Shown here in pieces: positions 1 to 9,681 of a DNA stretch of 64,000 nucleotides (positions are counted from its first letter, which is position 1; each line of letters starts with the position of its first letter). The position numbers were made by a program, and so were the translations under genes. Origin of the DNA: an uncultured Dehalococcoidales bacterium (GTDB lineage: Bacteria; Chloroflexota; Dehalococcoidia; GIF9; AB-539-J10); contig CAZZHQ010000002.1 in assembly GCA_964654015.1 (NCBI GenBank), forward strand, positions 21,702 to 85,701, written 5' to 3'. Below the pieces are notes generated by a model, which was not told the DNA's origin, made no database searches, and saw only the letters and a list, made by a program, of their open reading frames with translations.

Positions 1-284
1 GCCGGCGAAGCTCCGCCAATTTGCAGAATAGCTTTCTTATTGCGATAGATATCGCCACTTTCGGTGAGGTGGATGAGTTTAAAAAGAATGTGGACGAGTT
101 TATTGCCTGCTTTGATGACCTGCCTCCGGCGAAAGGCTTCTCAAAGGTATTTGCTCCCGGAGGGCCTGAGTGGGTGACCTGGGAAGAGAGGTTAAAAAAT
201 GGTATACCTATCGCCCCCGGTACTGCTCAGAAATTGAGAGAAGTTGCTAAACGCTTTGGCGTCACGCCGCCGCCTGGCATGTAA
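1..284 (+). CDS. Ldh_2-family (malate/L-lactate/L-sulfolactate type) dehydrogenase, C-terminal part, 5' end cut by the window edge
   Basis: The frame is open from the window start and stops at 282-284. The C-terminal pattern ...FLIAIDIATFG...APGGPEW...GIPIAPG... resembles Ldh_2 C-termini, judged from memory. Confidence 0.5.
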   Translation, partial: RRSSANLQNSFLIAIDIATFGEVDEFKKNVDEFIACFDDLPPAKGFSKVFAPGGPEWVTWEERLKNGIPIAPGTAQKLREVAKRFGVTPPPGM

Positions 285-339
285 CAAGTTGACAGTACGA
301 AGCGCCGATTGATAGACTTTCAATTGTGCTGGTATATAC

Positions 340-413
340 GGCCCCGTGGTGTAGCGGTTTAACATGCCACCCTGTCACGGTGGAGATCAGGGGTTCGAAT
401 CCCCTCGGGGTCG
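340..413 (+). tRNA. tRNA-Asp (anticodon GTC), no encoded CCA
   Basis: I folded the cloverleaf by hand. Acceptor stem 340-346/406-412 has one G-U pair. D stem 349-352/362-365. Anticodon stem 367-371/379-383 with loop CTGTCAC (GTC at 374-376). Variable loop AGATC. T stem 389-393/401-405 with loop TTCGAAT. Discriminator G at 413. Confidence 0.93.
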
Positions 414-494
414 CATCTGCTATTTTGACTTTCCGTGTTTGCTGGCCTAAAGTCGTAGCTATATTAGGCTATAAGTGATTGAATCATCTCTCAA

Positions 495-1937
495 ATGTGG
501 ATATATTCAACTAGTGTAATAAATACATCCTCCGGTAACAGTAAATCATCTAAACGAATACCGGCTGTCCCTCGTAGCTTATCCTGGCGGATACGCCTTC
601 CCCTGCCCCGAGAAAGAACCAGCAAGTCCCTCTCTTTGTGGTTGATTTATGCCTTTATCGGCCTAATAATCATAGGAGGCGTTCTATTAATGCTGCCGAT
701 ATCAAGTGCAGAGGGTCATTCTACAACTGCGGTAAACGCATTTTTTACTTCAGCATCGGCTGTTTGTGTAACTGGTTTAGTAGTTTTAGACACCGGAACC
801 TACTGGAGTTCCTTTGGACAGGGTTTGATTCTTGCTTTGATACAAATCGGTGGTTTTGGTTTCATGACCAGTGCCACGCTTTTACTATTGGCTTTCGGTC
901 GCAGGATTGGCCTTAAGGAAAGGCTCTTAATAGGGCAATCAATTGGGATTTCTCGCATAGGTGGCAATGTTGGATTGGTTAAACGCATGGCGATTTTTAC
1001 GGCATTATCTGAACTTATAGGAGCTTTGATCCTTTTTTTTCGCTTCTCCAGTTATGAGTCCTTTCGAACGGCAATCTGGCAATCTATTTTCCATTCAATT
1101 TCGGCATTTAATAATGCAGGCTTCGATATCTTTGGCGATTTTCAGAGTCTCACGCAATATAGAACAGATACTCTGTTGATATTGGCAACGGCTGCGCTTA
1201 TCTTCTTAGGTGGAATAAGCTTTATCTTTATAGCGGATTTGGTTAGAGTCCGTAATCTGTTCAAACTTGCACTGGATAGTAAATTAATATTATGGAGTAC
1301 CATTTCATTATTGGTAATCGGGACAGTTGTAATGCTCTTAGCTCAGTTTACAGGTTCTACTGCCTTCACTGATTTATCTATATCAGATAAAGTGCTGGGT
1401 GCTTTCTTTCATTCCGTAACGACAAGGACAGCTGGTTTCACAACTATACAGATTACCAATCTGGCACCTGATGTACTATTCTTTACAATGTTCCTGATGT
1501 TTATAGGCGGCGCCTCAGGTTCCACAGCCGGTGGTATAAAGGTCAGTACCTTTGGTATGATAATGGCCACAATTATAAGTACGCTCAGGGGCAGAGAACA
1601 TGCTGGAGCCTTTGGTAGGGAGTTTAATCAACAGCAGATTTACCGTGCTATATCGATTATAATACTCTCTCTTGTTGTTATAGTAATAGCTACTTTTCTT
1701 TTAACTATTTATGAAGATAGTAGCTTCACTGAACTACTATTTGAGACCTATTCGGCTTTTGGTACGGTTGGTCTATCTACCGGGATAACTCCCTTTCTCT
1801 CTACAGCTGGTAAAATAATAATTACCATAACAATGTTTATCGGAAGGTTAAGCCCTCTTACTCTTGCGCTGGCTTTGTTGCAATATCAACAACCCAGTTC
1901 ATATCGCTATCCTGAAGAAAACATACGCATTGGATAG
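495..1937 (+). CDS. trkH: TrkH/KtrB-family K+ transporter membrane subunit
   Basis: 480-aa polytopic ORF that aligns along its length to KtrB/TrkH as I remember it (LLMLPIS, TGL.V.DTG, IQIGG.GFM, SAFNNAGF, RTAGF, GGASGSTAGGIK, SAFGTVGLS). The start codon is uncertain. Confidence 0.88.
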   Translation: MWIYSTSVINTSSGNSKSSKRIPAVPRSLSWRIRLPLPRERTSKSLSLWLIYAFIGLIIIGGVLLMLPISSAEGHSTTAVNAFFTSASAVCVTGLVVLDTGTYWSSFGQGLILALIQIGGFGFMTSATLLLLAFGRRIGLKERLLIGQSIGISRIGGNVGLVKRMAIFTALSELIGALILFFRFSSYESFRTAIWQSIFHSISAFNNAGFDIFGDFQSLTQYRTDTLLILATAALIFLGGISFIFIADLVRVRNLFKLALDSKLILWSTISLLVIGTVVMLLAQFTGSTAFTDLSISDKVLGAFFHSVTTRTAGFTTIQITNLAPDVLFFTMFLMFIGGASGSTAGGIKVSTFGMIMATIISTLRGREHAGAFGREFNQQQIYRAISIIILSLVVIVIATFLLTIYEDSSFTELLFETYSAFGTVGLSTGITPFLSTAGKIIITITMFIGRLSPLTLALALLQYQQPSSYRYPEENIRIG

Positions 1938-1946
1938 GAGGTAAAA

Positions 1947-2627
1947 ATGAAAAAGCAGATAGCAGTTATCGGACAGGGACAATTTGGTGAGGCTGTTGCC
2001 ATAACCACAACAAACATGGGACATGATGTGCTTGCTATAGACCTGAACGAAAAAAAAATTCAACAGGTCTCGTCACAGGTAACCCATGCTGTTCAGGCAG
2101 ACGCAACTAATGAGGCAGTACTTAAAGAACTGGGTATTGGTAATTTTGACATAGCGGTTATTAGTATGGGTTCAAGAATAGAAACCAATATACTGGCCAC
2201 TATTCTAACTAAAAAATTAGGCGTTCCCTACGTAATATCCAGAGCTGAGACTGAACTACACGGTAGCATACTGGAGAAAATCGGCGCTGATAGGATTGTC
2301 TATCCTGAATGGGAAACAGGAATTAGATTAGCCCAGGGAGTTTCCCTGGTTAACGTAGAAGACTACATGCCATTGACTAAAAACTACGGAATAATAAAGC
2401 TTAAGGCACCGCTATATCTTATCGGACAGAAGTTGTCTGAATTAGGTCTTGGCTATAAAAGTAAATGGCAAATCGCGGTTTTCTTGATTCAGCGTGATGA
2501 AGAAATCATAATGAATCCACGTCAAAGCGAGGTAATAAAAGAAAACGATATTATGATACTGGCTGGTAGTCATGATGACATGGAAAAATTTTTAGCCGAA
2601 GCAAAAAAGAATGGAAATAAGGAGTAA
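1947..2627 (+). CDS. trkA: TrkA/KtrA-type K+ uptake regulatory subunit (RCK N and C domains)
   Basis: N-terminus IAVIGQGQFG is a Rossmann-type motif. The ORF is 226 aa, has a GGAGG 7 nt upstream, and lies immediately downstream of trkH. Confidence 0.88.
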   Translation: MKKQIAVIGQGQFGEAVAITTTNMGHDVLAIDLNEKKIQQVSSQVTHAVQADATNEAVLKELGIGNFDIAVISMGSRIETNILATILTKKLGVPYVISRAETELHGSILEKIGADRIVYPEWETGIRLAQGVSLVNVEDYMPLTKNYGIIKLKAPLYLIGQKLSELGLGYKSKWQIAVFLIQRDEEIIMNPRQSEVIKENDIMILAGSHDDMEKFLAEAKKNGNKE

Positions 2628-2665
2628 GGAGCTTCAATCTACTTTGCTTATTTCATCTTACAAAT

Positions 2666-3730
2666 TTAGAACCACCTTCGCTTCCTAAAGAATACAATCA
2701 AACACGAAGTCACCAGTATCATCACACACCAGATACCGAGGTACCCATACCTCCATTGAAGCTCCGGTATATTGATAAAGTTCATCCCGTAAACACCAAC
2801 GATGAACGTAAGTGGTATAAATATGGCGGCAAAAATCGTTAGTACTTTCATTACTTCATTCGTTTTGTTACTCATATTTGACAGGTATATATCCAGCATG
2901 CCTGTAATTATATCCCTTGAGCTTTCAATATTATCGATAATCTGAATGGTATGATCGTAGACGTCACGTAAATATACTCTGGTGGACTTATTTATTATAG
3001 TCGACTCGTATCGTTCAAAACTGCTGATTACTTCTCGCAAAGGCCAGACCGACTTTCGTAAAATTATCATATCTTTCTTTAGTCCATGAATAAGTTGTAC
3101 TGTTTCTCGCGTAGGGTTTGATACGAGAATCTGTTCCACAACTTCTACTCTTTCACTTACCGCTTCAAGGACGGAAAAATAGTTATCGACCACGGTATCC
3201 AGCAAGGTATAAGCCAGGTAGTCAGCACCAGCCTTTCTAATACGACCCTTGCTCTTTCTGATTCTGTCTCTAACCGGATTAAAGACATCCCCTTCACGCT
3301 CCTGGAATGAAATTACGAAGTTAGAACCAAAAGCCAGACTGATCTGCTCTGTCTCAATCTCTGCACTGTTTCCAATGCAGTTATAGATCATTTTCATAAC
3401 AAAGAATATGTAATTATCATTATCCTCTATCTTGGGTCGTTGATCAGTATTGATGATGTCTTCCAGTGTAAGTGGATGCAGGTTAAAATGCTTGCCAATC
3501 TTTCCTATTATATCGGCTTCATGCAAACCATCTATATTTATCCAGGTGACTGAAGGGCTATCTCTGAAAGGGAAAGATTCCTCTATGCTTTTAATTTCCT
3601 TCTCCTCGTAGTGCTCCTCGTTGTAATCGATAACTGTAATCCTCACCTTATCCATCTTTTGTTCGCCGACGTGCATCAATGTTCCTGGGGGAAGCCCTAT
3701 TATTTGAGACTTTTTTATTGTTTTTAACAT
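2666..3730 (-). CDS. corA: CorA-family Mg2+/Co2+ transporter
   Basis: 354 aa with a C-terminal two-TM region carrying the YGMNF (GMN) signature. Confidence 0.9.
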   Translation of the reverse strand: MLKTIKKSQIIGLPPGTLMHVGEQKMDKVRITVIDYNEEHYEEKEIKSIEESFPFRDSPSVTWINIDGLHEADIIGKIGKHFNLHPLTLEDIINTDQRPKIEDNDNYIFFVMKMIYNCIGNSAEIETEQISLAFGSNFVISFQEREGDVFNPVRDRIRKSKGRIRKAGADYLAYTLLDTVVDNYFSVLEAVSERVEVVEQILVSNPTRETVQLIHGLKKDMIILRKSVWPLREVISSFERYESTIINKSTRVYLRDVYDHTIQIIDNIESSRDIITGMLDIYLSNMSNKTNEVMKVLTIFAAIFIPLTFIVGVYGMNFINIPELQWRYGYLGIWCVMILVTSCLIVFFRKRRWF

Positions 3731-3975
3731 AATTACAGCCTCCTTATTTTAAGTAATATATATATTATACTCAGGGAGTAGGCTCTTCAAGGACTCTGAT
3801 TTTCATGCTTCAGGTCTCACCTTTAAGCTTTAATAAAGACTCCGATATTTCATTTATGTGTAAATTATAAATGAAGAACTGTCTGCCATTCCTTAGATAG
3901 TTGAAGAGTATAAAGCACAGAAGAAAACAACCAAAGCAGAAACGAAGTTGCAAGCTTAGCTAAAGAGTAGAAAGC

Positions 3976-5322
3976 CTAATTCTCCGCCAATTTTGGTAAG
4001 TACTCTAATGCTTCTTGAATATGTTTCTCAGGCAGAGTCTGTTCTTTCATTGCACCTTCAATAAAATCCTTGAAGCTGGAAAGGTCGAGATTACTGCTAG
4101 CGTCAAGCAGGAACAGTATATTTTTACGCTCATTCTGTTTCTTACATTTAAGCCCTTCATCTATGACAGCAGCTAAGGCATAAGCTGTCTCAGGAGAGGC
4201 CACCAATCCCTCGGTTCGTGCGAAGGTTATTGCTGCCTCAAAAGCCTGTCGCTGCGTATAGGTTTTTGCTTCAATCTGTTTTTCACGATACAAAGCACTG
4301 ATGAGTGGAGAGATACCATGATAACGCATACCCCCAGCCCGGATGCCGGGTGGAACGAAGCTATGGCCCAAAGTATACATCTTCAGCATCGGGGATAGCC
4401 CTTCCGAATCAGTATAATCATATGCATACCGGCCTTTGGACAGGCTTGGACAAACATTCGTTTCAACAGCAATCATTCGTATGTCTGACTTTCGATTATG
4501 ATACAAGGGGAAAACAAGACCACCGAAGGCACTACCTCCACCTACAGCACAGATGATGATATCGGGATAGTCACCGGTTTTTCGAATCTGTTCTCTTGCC
4601 TCAAGGCCGATAACAGTCTGATGCAGCAGAACATAGTTCATTACTGTGCCCCATGAAAATGTTGCGTCGTCACGACTATTAGCCTCGTTAAAGGCTTCGC
4701 TCAGTGCGATACTCAGGCTTCCTGCCGAGGCTGGGTTTCGGGCGAGTATTTTCCTGCCGGTGGACGTTTTGTCACTAGGACTGGGCACCACCTCAGCCCC
4801 AAGTATTTCCATAAGGTAGCGTCCAGACACCTTCTCCTCATAGCTCGACCGTACCATGTATACCTTACACCGTAGGCCAAAAAAGTTGCAGCAGGTGGCC
4901 AGAGAAGCCCCCCACTCGCCGTTTCCAGTGGCCGTCACAACGCATTTCACATTCTCGTCATGAGCTGCATAATATGCCTGAGCGATGGCTGTGTTCATTT
5001 CATGGCTTCCTGTTGAGCTGCCACCTTCATATTTGTAATAAATTCGGGCTGATGTCTCTAGGCTTTTCTCTAGCTTTTCAGCGCGATATAGAGGGGTCGG
5101 ACGCCAATTGGAATATATCTCACGAATCTGGTGCGGAATTGGTATGCTCTGCTCCTTTCTTTCGAGTTCCTGTGAAATAATTGAAGAAGGAGTAAAGGAT
5201 TGTAGATCGTGACCACTTATGGAAAAGCCACTAGCGCTCATCATAGGTGGTATATCAAAATCCAGGTCGGGAATGATGTTATACCAACTATCCGGTATCT
5301 TAATATCTGCCGCTATTCGCAT
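3976..5322 (-). CDS. TrpB2-like (tryptophan synthase beta-like) fold-type II PLP enzyme homolog with the Schiff-base lysine replaced by Glu
   Basis: YKYEGGSSTGSHEMNTAIAQAYY...ATGNGEWGASLA aligns to the TrpB2 motif ...GSHKPNTA...GAGQWGSAL. The Glu codon (gaa on the minus strand) is at 4999-5001. Confidence 0.8.
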   Translation of the reverse strand: MRIAADIKIPDSWYNIIPDLDFDIPPMMSASGFSISGHDLQSFTPSSIISQELERKEQSIPIPHQIREIYSNWRPTPLYRAEKLEKSLETSARIYYKYEGGSSTGSHEMNTAIAQAYYAAHDENVKCVVTATGNGEWGASLATCCNFFGLRCKVYMVRSSYEEKVSGRYLMEILGAEVVPSPSDKTSTGRKILARNPASAGSLSIALSEAFNEANSRDDATFSWGTVMNYVLLHQTVIGLEAREQIRKTGDYPDIIICAVGGGSAFGGLVFPLYHNRKSDIRMIAVETNVCPSLSKGRYAYDYTDSEGLSPMLKMYTLGHSFVPPGIRAGGMRYHGISPLISALYREKQIEAKTYTQRQAFEAAITFARTEGLVASPETAYALAAVIDEGLKCKKQNERKNILFLLDASSNLDLSSFKDFIEGAMKEQTLPEKHIQEALEYLPKLAEN

Positions 5323-5501
5323 TTAGACGCTCAAAGTACCATTAAACAGGATTCGCTAATTCCGTATCAACTAAAGTAGATTGTAAGCAGGGGTTAATAC
5401 TGATGTCAAGCTCATTTACTATATTACTAAATTATAAGCAGAAAGTAATTCCAAGTGCATTTGTTTTCAGGTTGCCTGGCGTATCTGTTTTAACTGGTTA
5501 G

Positions 5502-5546
5502 CCTGTCACGGTGGAGATCAGGAGTTAGAAATCCGTTTGGAGTCGC
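5502..5546 (+). pseudogene. Decayed copy of the 3' half of tRNA-Asp
   Basis: Positions 5502-5522 (cctgtcacggtggagatcagg) are identical to 371-391 of the intact tRNA. The following T-arm/acceptor is degraded (agttagaaatccgtttggagtcgc versus ggttcgaatcccctcggggtcgc). Confidence 0.75.
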
Positions 5547-5624
5547 TGGTGCAGTACATGTCGGTGATTCAATTAGACCGGTATATCATCTGGCAGATAT
5601 ACTAGGTATAAATAAAGGAGGAAA

Positions 5625-6878
5625 TTGAATATGTTGGTAACAGTTCCGTACGGAAAAGGAAAAACAGAAGTTGAGATAGACCGGGCACATGTTGCCGGCA
5701 TTATAGAGGCTAATAAGGTACCGATTGCGGATGAGGCGGAAACGGTACGGAAAGCGATAGAAAACCCTATTAATTCCAAAAGCCTTAGCGATTTTCTGGC
5801 GGATGCAAAAGACGTGCTTTTTATCGTGAATGACGCCACCAGGCCCACCCCTACTGCTCGGGTGCTGGAGATAATCCACGATATGATTAAGCCGCTCGAT
5901 GTGAAATTCATTGTAGCCACGGGAGCACATCGTGGACCAACGGAGGAGGAGTTTTACCAGATTTTCGGGCAATGTTATGATGAATTCAAGTCAAGTATAT
6001 TCGTTCACGACGCGAGGGCGGATAAGGATATGGTCTACATCGGCACATCCAGGAACGGTACGGAGATGTATATTAACAAACTGGGTGTAGAGGCACATAA
6101 AATCGTTGTTATAGGTTCAGTAGAACCTCATTACCATGCCGGTTATACCGGTGGCAGGAAAGCCTTTTTACCGGGAATTGCCTCTTTTAAAACCATAGAG
6201 CAAAATCATACGTTTGCTTTAGAGCCAAAAGCTCAATCGCTTTCGCTGGAGGGAAACCCCGTTCACGAAGATATGATGGATGCGCTGGGGACCATTAAAA
6301 GTAGAGAAATCTTTTCAATAATGACTGTGCTGGATAAAAATCACAGGGTTTATGCAGCCACCGCAGGGAATATTGAAGACTCATTGACGGCGGCAACTGT
6401 CAGAGCGAAGGAAGTCTTTGCCGTAAAGCTCAAGGAAAAGGCGGACATAGTCGTCGCTGTTGCCAGGTTTCCTATGGATATAGACCTCTACCAGTCACAG
6501 AAGGCAATGGAAAATGGGAAACACGCGCTCAAGGATGGAGGTATCCTTATCCTGGTTTCTAAGTGCCGTAGCGGAGTAGGTGACGATACGTTTTCCAGGC
6601 TTTTAAGTGCTTCCGCTACACCGGCTGAATGCCTTAAAACGATAAGTGAAGGATATGTGCTGGGCTATCATAAGGCGGCGAAGATGGCGGAAATCGCGCT
6701 GTGGGCAACAATGTATGCTGTAACCGAAATTCCCGATGAGCTTATCAGTAGTATTTTCATGACGCCTTTTCATTCACTCCAGGAAGCCCTGGACAAGGCT
6801 CTCGAAACCGTAAACAAGAGCGATGCCAAAGTACTGTTCTTCGTGGATGGTGGAATGACCGTGCCCCTGCTTGACTGA
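5625..6878 (+). CDS. LarA-like nickel-dependent lactate racemase family protein (DUF2088)
   Basis: 417 aa with an EPHYHAGYTGGRKAFLPG motif typical of LarA-family proteins. A GGAGG lies upstream. Confidence 0.75.
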   Translation: MNMLVTVPYGKGKTEVEIDRAHVAGIIEANKVPIADEAETVRKAIENPINSKSLSDFLADAKDVLFIVNDATRPTPTARVLEIIHDMIKPLDVKFIVATGAHRGPTEEEFYQIFGQCYDEFKSSIFVHDARADKDMVYIGTSRNGTEMYINKLGVEAHKIVVIGSVEPHYHAGYTGGRKAFLPGIASFKTIEQNHTFALEPKAQSLSLEGNPVHEDMMDALGTIKSREIFSIMTVLDKNHRVYAATAGNIEDSLTAATVRAKEVFAVKLKEKADIVVAVARFPMDIDLYQSQKAMENGKHALKDGGILILVSKCRSGVGDDTFSRLLSASATPAECLKTISEGYVLGYHKAAKMAEIALWATMYAVTEIPDELISSIFMTPFHSLQEALDKALETVNKSDAKVLFFVDGGMTVPLLD

Positions 6879-7100
6879 CGAAGGCAATAGCAGAACTTTT
6901 AAGCTAATTTTCAGCCTGAGTAGTTAGGTTTAACTTCTAGGAGGTAATTGTTGCAATCGAACAATTACAAACAAGTAATAATAGAGGTGCTGAAGGAACT
7001 ACATTACGTGCCTATCTCAATAACTCAGAAAACGCTGATTATAGTATAGGACGTAGTAGAGGATTGAAATTGGATAGAAAACAAGATAGACTTTCAACAA

Positions 7101-7442
7101 ATGAAAGTCATTCCCGAAGATTGGGAGGGAACTTTAAGAAGTATTACTGCCCCTGTCATTCTTATAGGTTTGGTCTTTTTAGTATTGGGTTCTGTAGCTA
7201 TAGCACTGATAGCTTGCAGGCCAGTCACTCAACATTCTTTTCTATTAATATCTCATGGTATTGGCATATTATTCTTTCTGTCATTAATCTGGGTAAAGCC
7301 AGACAATCTAATGTTAAGTGGAGAACAACGTCTACGTAAAATACAGGAAGAGCGCAGAGCAACGCAAAAAAGCAAAAAATCAAGGCAAAAAATGTCGAAA
7401 ACAGTGATAACCCCTCCAAAAGTAGCAAATCGAAAGGAGTAA
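7101..7442 (+). CDS. Small membrane protein with a Lys/Arg-rich tail, function unknown
   Basis: Two hydrophobic segments followed by a basic tail. It is immediately followed by the next ORF. No family recognised. Confidence 0.45.
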   Translation: MKVIPEDWEGTLRSITAPVILIGLVFLVLGSVAIALIACRPVTQHSFLLISHGIGILFFLSLIWVKPDNLMLSGEQRLRKIQEERRATQKSKKSRQKMSKTVITPPKVANRKE

Positions 7443-7444
7443 TC

Positions 7445-7723
7445 ATGGTTTATCTTGTAGCATTTAATCTACAGAATAAGAGACATCACTATGATATATT
7501 CCTTGATGCGCTACAAATGACAAATTGGTTTAACTTCTTTGATAACGCATGGTTAATAAGCACAGATGAGAGCGCACAAGAAATTACAGAACGATTAGAA
7601 AGGTATATCAAGGAAGGCGATTTCCTTTTAGTTATAAGAGTAACTGATGAGTATTATGGGTTGCTTCCTGACGAAGCATGGGATTGGTTGCAAAAAGAGC
7701 GTAGTTCTGGAAAGTTACAATGA
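7445..7723 (+). CDS. Hypothetical 92-aa protein
   Basis: AGGAG lies upstream and the ORF is tightly linked to 7101-7442. The alternating strand/helix-like pattern (MVYLVAFNL...AWLISTDESAQEI...LLVIRVT) suggests a small alpha/beta fold. No family assigned. Confidence 0.5.
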   Translation: MVYLVAFNLQNKRHHYDIFLDALQMTNWFNFFDNAWLISTDESAQEITERLERYIKEGDFLLVIRVTDEYYGLLPDEAWDWLQKERSSGKLQ

Positions 7724-7956
7724 TGAACTATATAGTATGTAAATAAGGAACAACAATTAGATAATCATCGAATACAGAAGAACGATACTGATCCTCCTCT
7801 CCTTATACTAAATTATCCCACAAAACTTTCACTTCTACCGGCCCAGTTCTCGGGAAGGCGACCATGAATATTACTTACTCTGCTAATACTAGTACAGAAA
7901 AGGAGGGAAGCCCACCGCGCTGAAATATTATCAAATCATTTATTGATATATTTATA

Positions 7957-7980
7957 ATGCCTATCAGGTTAACTCAGAAA
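7957..7980 (+). repeat. 24-nt element, copy 1 (ATGCCTATCAGGTTAACTCAGAAA), preceded by AT-rich TTTATA
   Basis: Exact reverse complement of 8556-8579. Related copies at 10591-10614 and 11458-11480. Confidence 0.9.
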
Positions 7981-8009
7981 GCTGTGGTTCTTTTGTATCA
8001 ACTAACAAT

Positions 8010-8504
8010 CTAATTTCCTTTCCACTTAAATAGTTTTCTAACTGGCTTTCGGGTTCTCCAAACACTTTCTATATTTAAATATGCACCACTTTCTTTAAGA
8101 ATACGAGTGAAACAATTTCTCTTTTTTGGCAAAACACCTAATACGTCAACTGTAACTTGAAAATACCTATGCTCCAATGGTTGTAGCTTGCTGTTAGGTT
8201 CAAGAGGATGAGGGCGGTTCAATAAATATTGCCTTGTTGATGTCCATTCTGGAATTGTAATATAAGCTCGCTTTCTATATCTTAGTAATGGTACTAATTC
8301 TATATTGAGTATGAGGGTCATTTTGGGAGAATCATAACTTGGCCAATACAAAGATGTGCATTCTACTTTCAGCACAGGATAAGGGAATAGTCTAGTTATC
8401 ACACAGTCTCCAACAGTGGCAATTGTTGATACAACCCATTTCCAATGTGCAAGAAAGAAAAGCACAAACCTTTCCATTTCAAGTTTAGAGTACTCATCCA
8501 GCAT
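8010..8504 (-). CDS. Hypothetical 164-aa protein enclosed by inverted copies of the 24-nt element
   Basis: Longest ORF between copies 1 and 2. The only SD-preceded ATG (8524, GGAGG 8 nt upstream) is out of frame with it and opens just about 40 codons, so the 5' end may be disrupted. Confidence 0.4.
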   Translation of the reverse strand: MLDEYSKLEMERFVLFFLAHWKWVVSTIATVGDCVITRLFPYPVLKVECTSLYWPSYDSPKMTLILNIELVPLLRYRKRAYITIPEWTSTRQYLLNRPHPLEPNSKLQPLEHRYFQVTVDVLGVLPKKRNCFTRILKESGAYLNIESVWRTRKPVRKLFKWKGN

Positions 8505-8555
8505 ATTGTTGTCAATTGTTTCATTTTTCTACCTCCTCACTAAATTTACTAAAAG

Positions 8556-8579
8556 TTTCTGAGTTAACCTGATAGGCAT
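8556..8579 (-). repeat. 24-nt element, copy 2 (inverted)
   Basis: TTTCTGAGTTAACCTGATAGGCAT is the reverse complement of copy 1. Confidence 0.9.
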
Positions 8580-8867
8580 AATATTTATTAGACAGAGGAG
8601 TCATTTATTGGTCAACAGCTTCCTATACGGTTTTTGGCCACTCTTTCGGTCGTAATATTGAAACTATCCTCTTATCTGGGAGAGGATAAGGAATATTGAG
8701 GTAATCAAAGTGCTAGACTATAGACAAGCTAATGAAAAACGTTTAACATAGGAAAATGCGAGGGAGATGATAAATAACTAAAGGTCGAGTAATCACTTGA
8801 GGACTTACTATAAATAAGTATTGAAGGAGTAAAGCAAAAATCTAGGTTGGGGAATAAGTGAGGATAA

Positions 8868-9557
8868 ATGATTAAACTAAGGGAAATGTCTGGGCGGCTG
8901 ATAGCCATCTGCAGTTTAGTTGTACTGGTCATCGCAGTAGTGGTATTCTGCTTTGCGCCTTTGAAAGAGGTTCAATATTCCGAGCGAGTTGCATATCAAA
9001 CTAGCGAAACATACTACGTGCAAGAATCCTACACAGTACAGGAACCATACATAGTACAGGTGCCGCATGAAAAAACGGTGCAATATACCGAGACTGTACC
9101 CTCTGAAGAGTATGTTGATATTAAGTACAACGTTCTTGACACAAATTACTACAACTGGTTTTGGACTTCAGGTTGTGATGTTTCTATAGTCCTACGAAAT
9201 TCTGATACCGAAGGTGGTAGATTTCGTGTCGATTTTCATATCCGGCTTAAGGGAGGTGCAACAATAGATAAGACAGCCTATGCAACTATAGGACCTTGGC
9301 AAAGTGAAGAGGTCGAAGTGTACTATGACGGAGCAGGTTGCTCCAGTTTCACCTATAGCGTTGACCCTCCACAGAAGAAAATAGTGGAGTACAGGGAAGT
9401 AGAAAGGGAAAGAACTGAGACCGAATATGAGGAAGTGACAGAATATGAGACAGTCACAAAGTGGAGGCAAGTGCCAAAACAGAGAACAGTAACAAAATAC
9501 AAGGATGTAACTAAGACTAAGTTGGTCTCTGCTTTGGATTATTTATCGAACTACTAA
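8868..9557 (+). CDS. Membrane-anchored protein with Tyr/Thr/Glu/Val-rich repeats, paralog of 9682-10404
   Basis: N-terminal TM helix, repeats of the type SYTVQEPYIVQVPHEKTVQYTE, and a C-terminal TKYKDVTKTKLVSALDYLSNY that matches the tail of the neighbouring ORF. Confidence 0.6.
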   Translation: MIKLREMSGRLIAICSLVVLVIAVVVFCFAPLKEVQYSERVAYQTSETYYVQESYTVQEPYIVQVPHEKTVQYTETVPSEEYVDIKYNVLDTNYYNWFWTSGCDVSIVLRNSDTEGGRFRVDFHIRLKGGATIDKTAYATIGPWQSEEVEVYYDGAGCSSFTYSVDPPQKKIVEYREVERERTETEYEEVTEYETVTKWRQVPKQRTVTKYKDVTKTKLVSALDYLSNY

Positions 9558-9681
9558 ATGGCGGTTGGAAATAATAGAATGTACTACGATCACTGGCATT
9601 TTCGTGTATCTCATTGGAGTAGTCATAGTTACAAATAATTAATATCGTCATATAGATGGCGAACTGGGTTGTTACCTAAGA

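Noticed and set aside
309-339. A sigma-70-like TTGATA-N18-TATATA motif directly upstream of tRNA-Asp.
   Set aside because: The -10-like hexamer ends 1 nt before the mature tRNA 5' end (340). A transcription start at the usual 5-9 nt spacing would therefore fall inside the tRNA. The motif is also too close to serve as an archaeal TATA box. It is probably a coincidental AT-rich sequence.
8665-8688. A hairpin, TATCCTCT then an 8-nt loop then AGAGGATA, in the spacer after the first repeat-flanked cassette.
   Set aside because: The stem is only 8 bp and AT-rich, with no following T-tract. It cannot be distinguished from chance secondary structure in AT-rich DNA.
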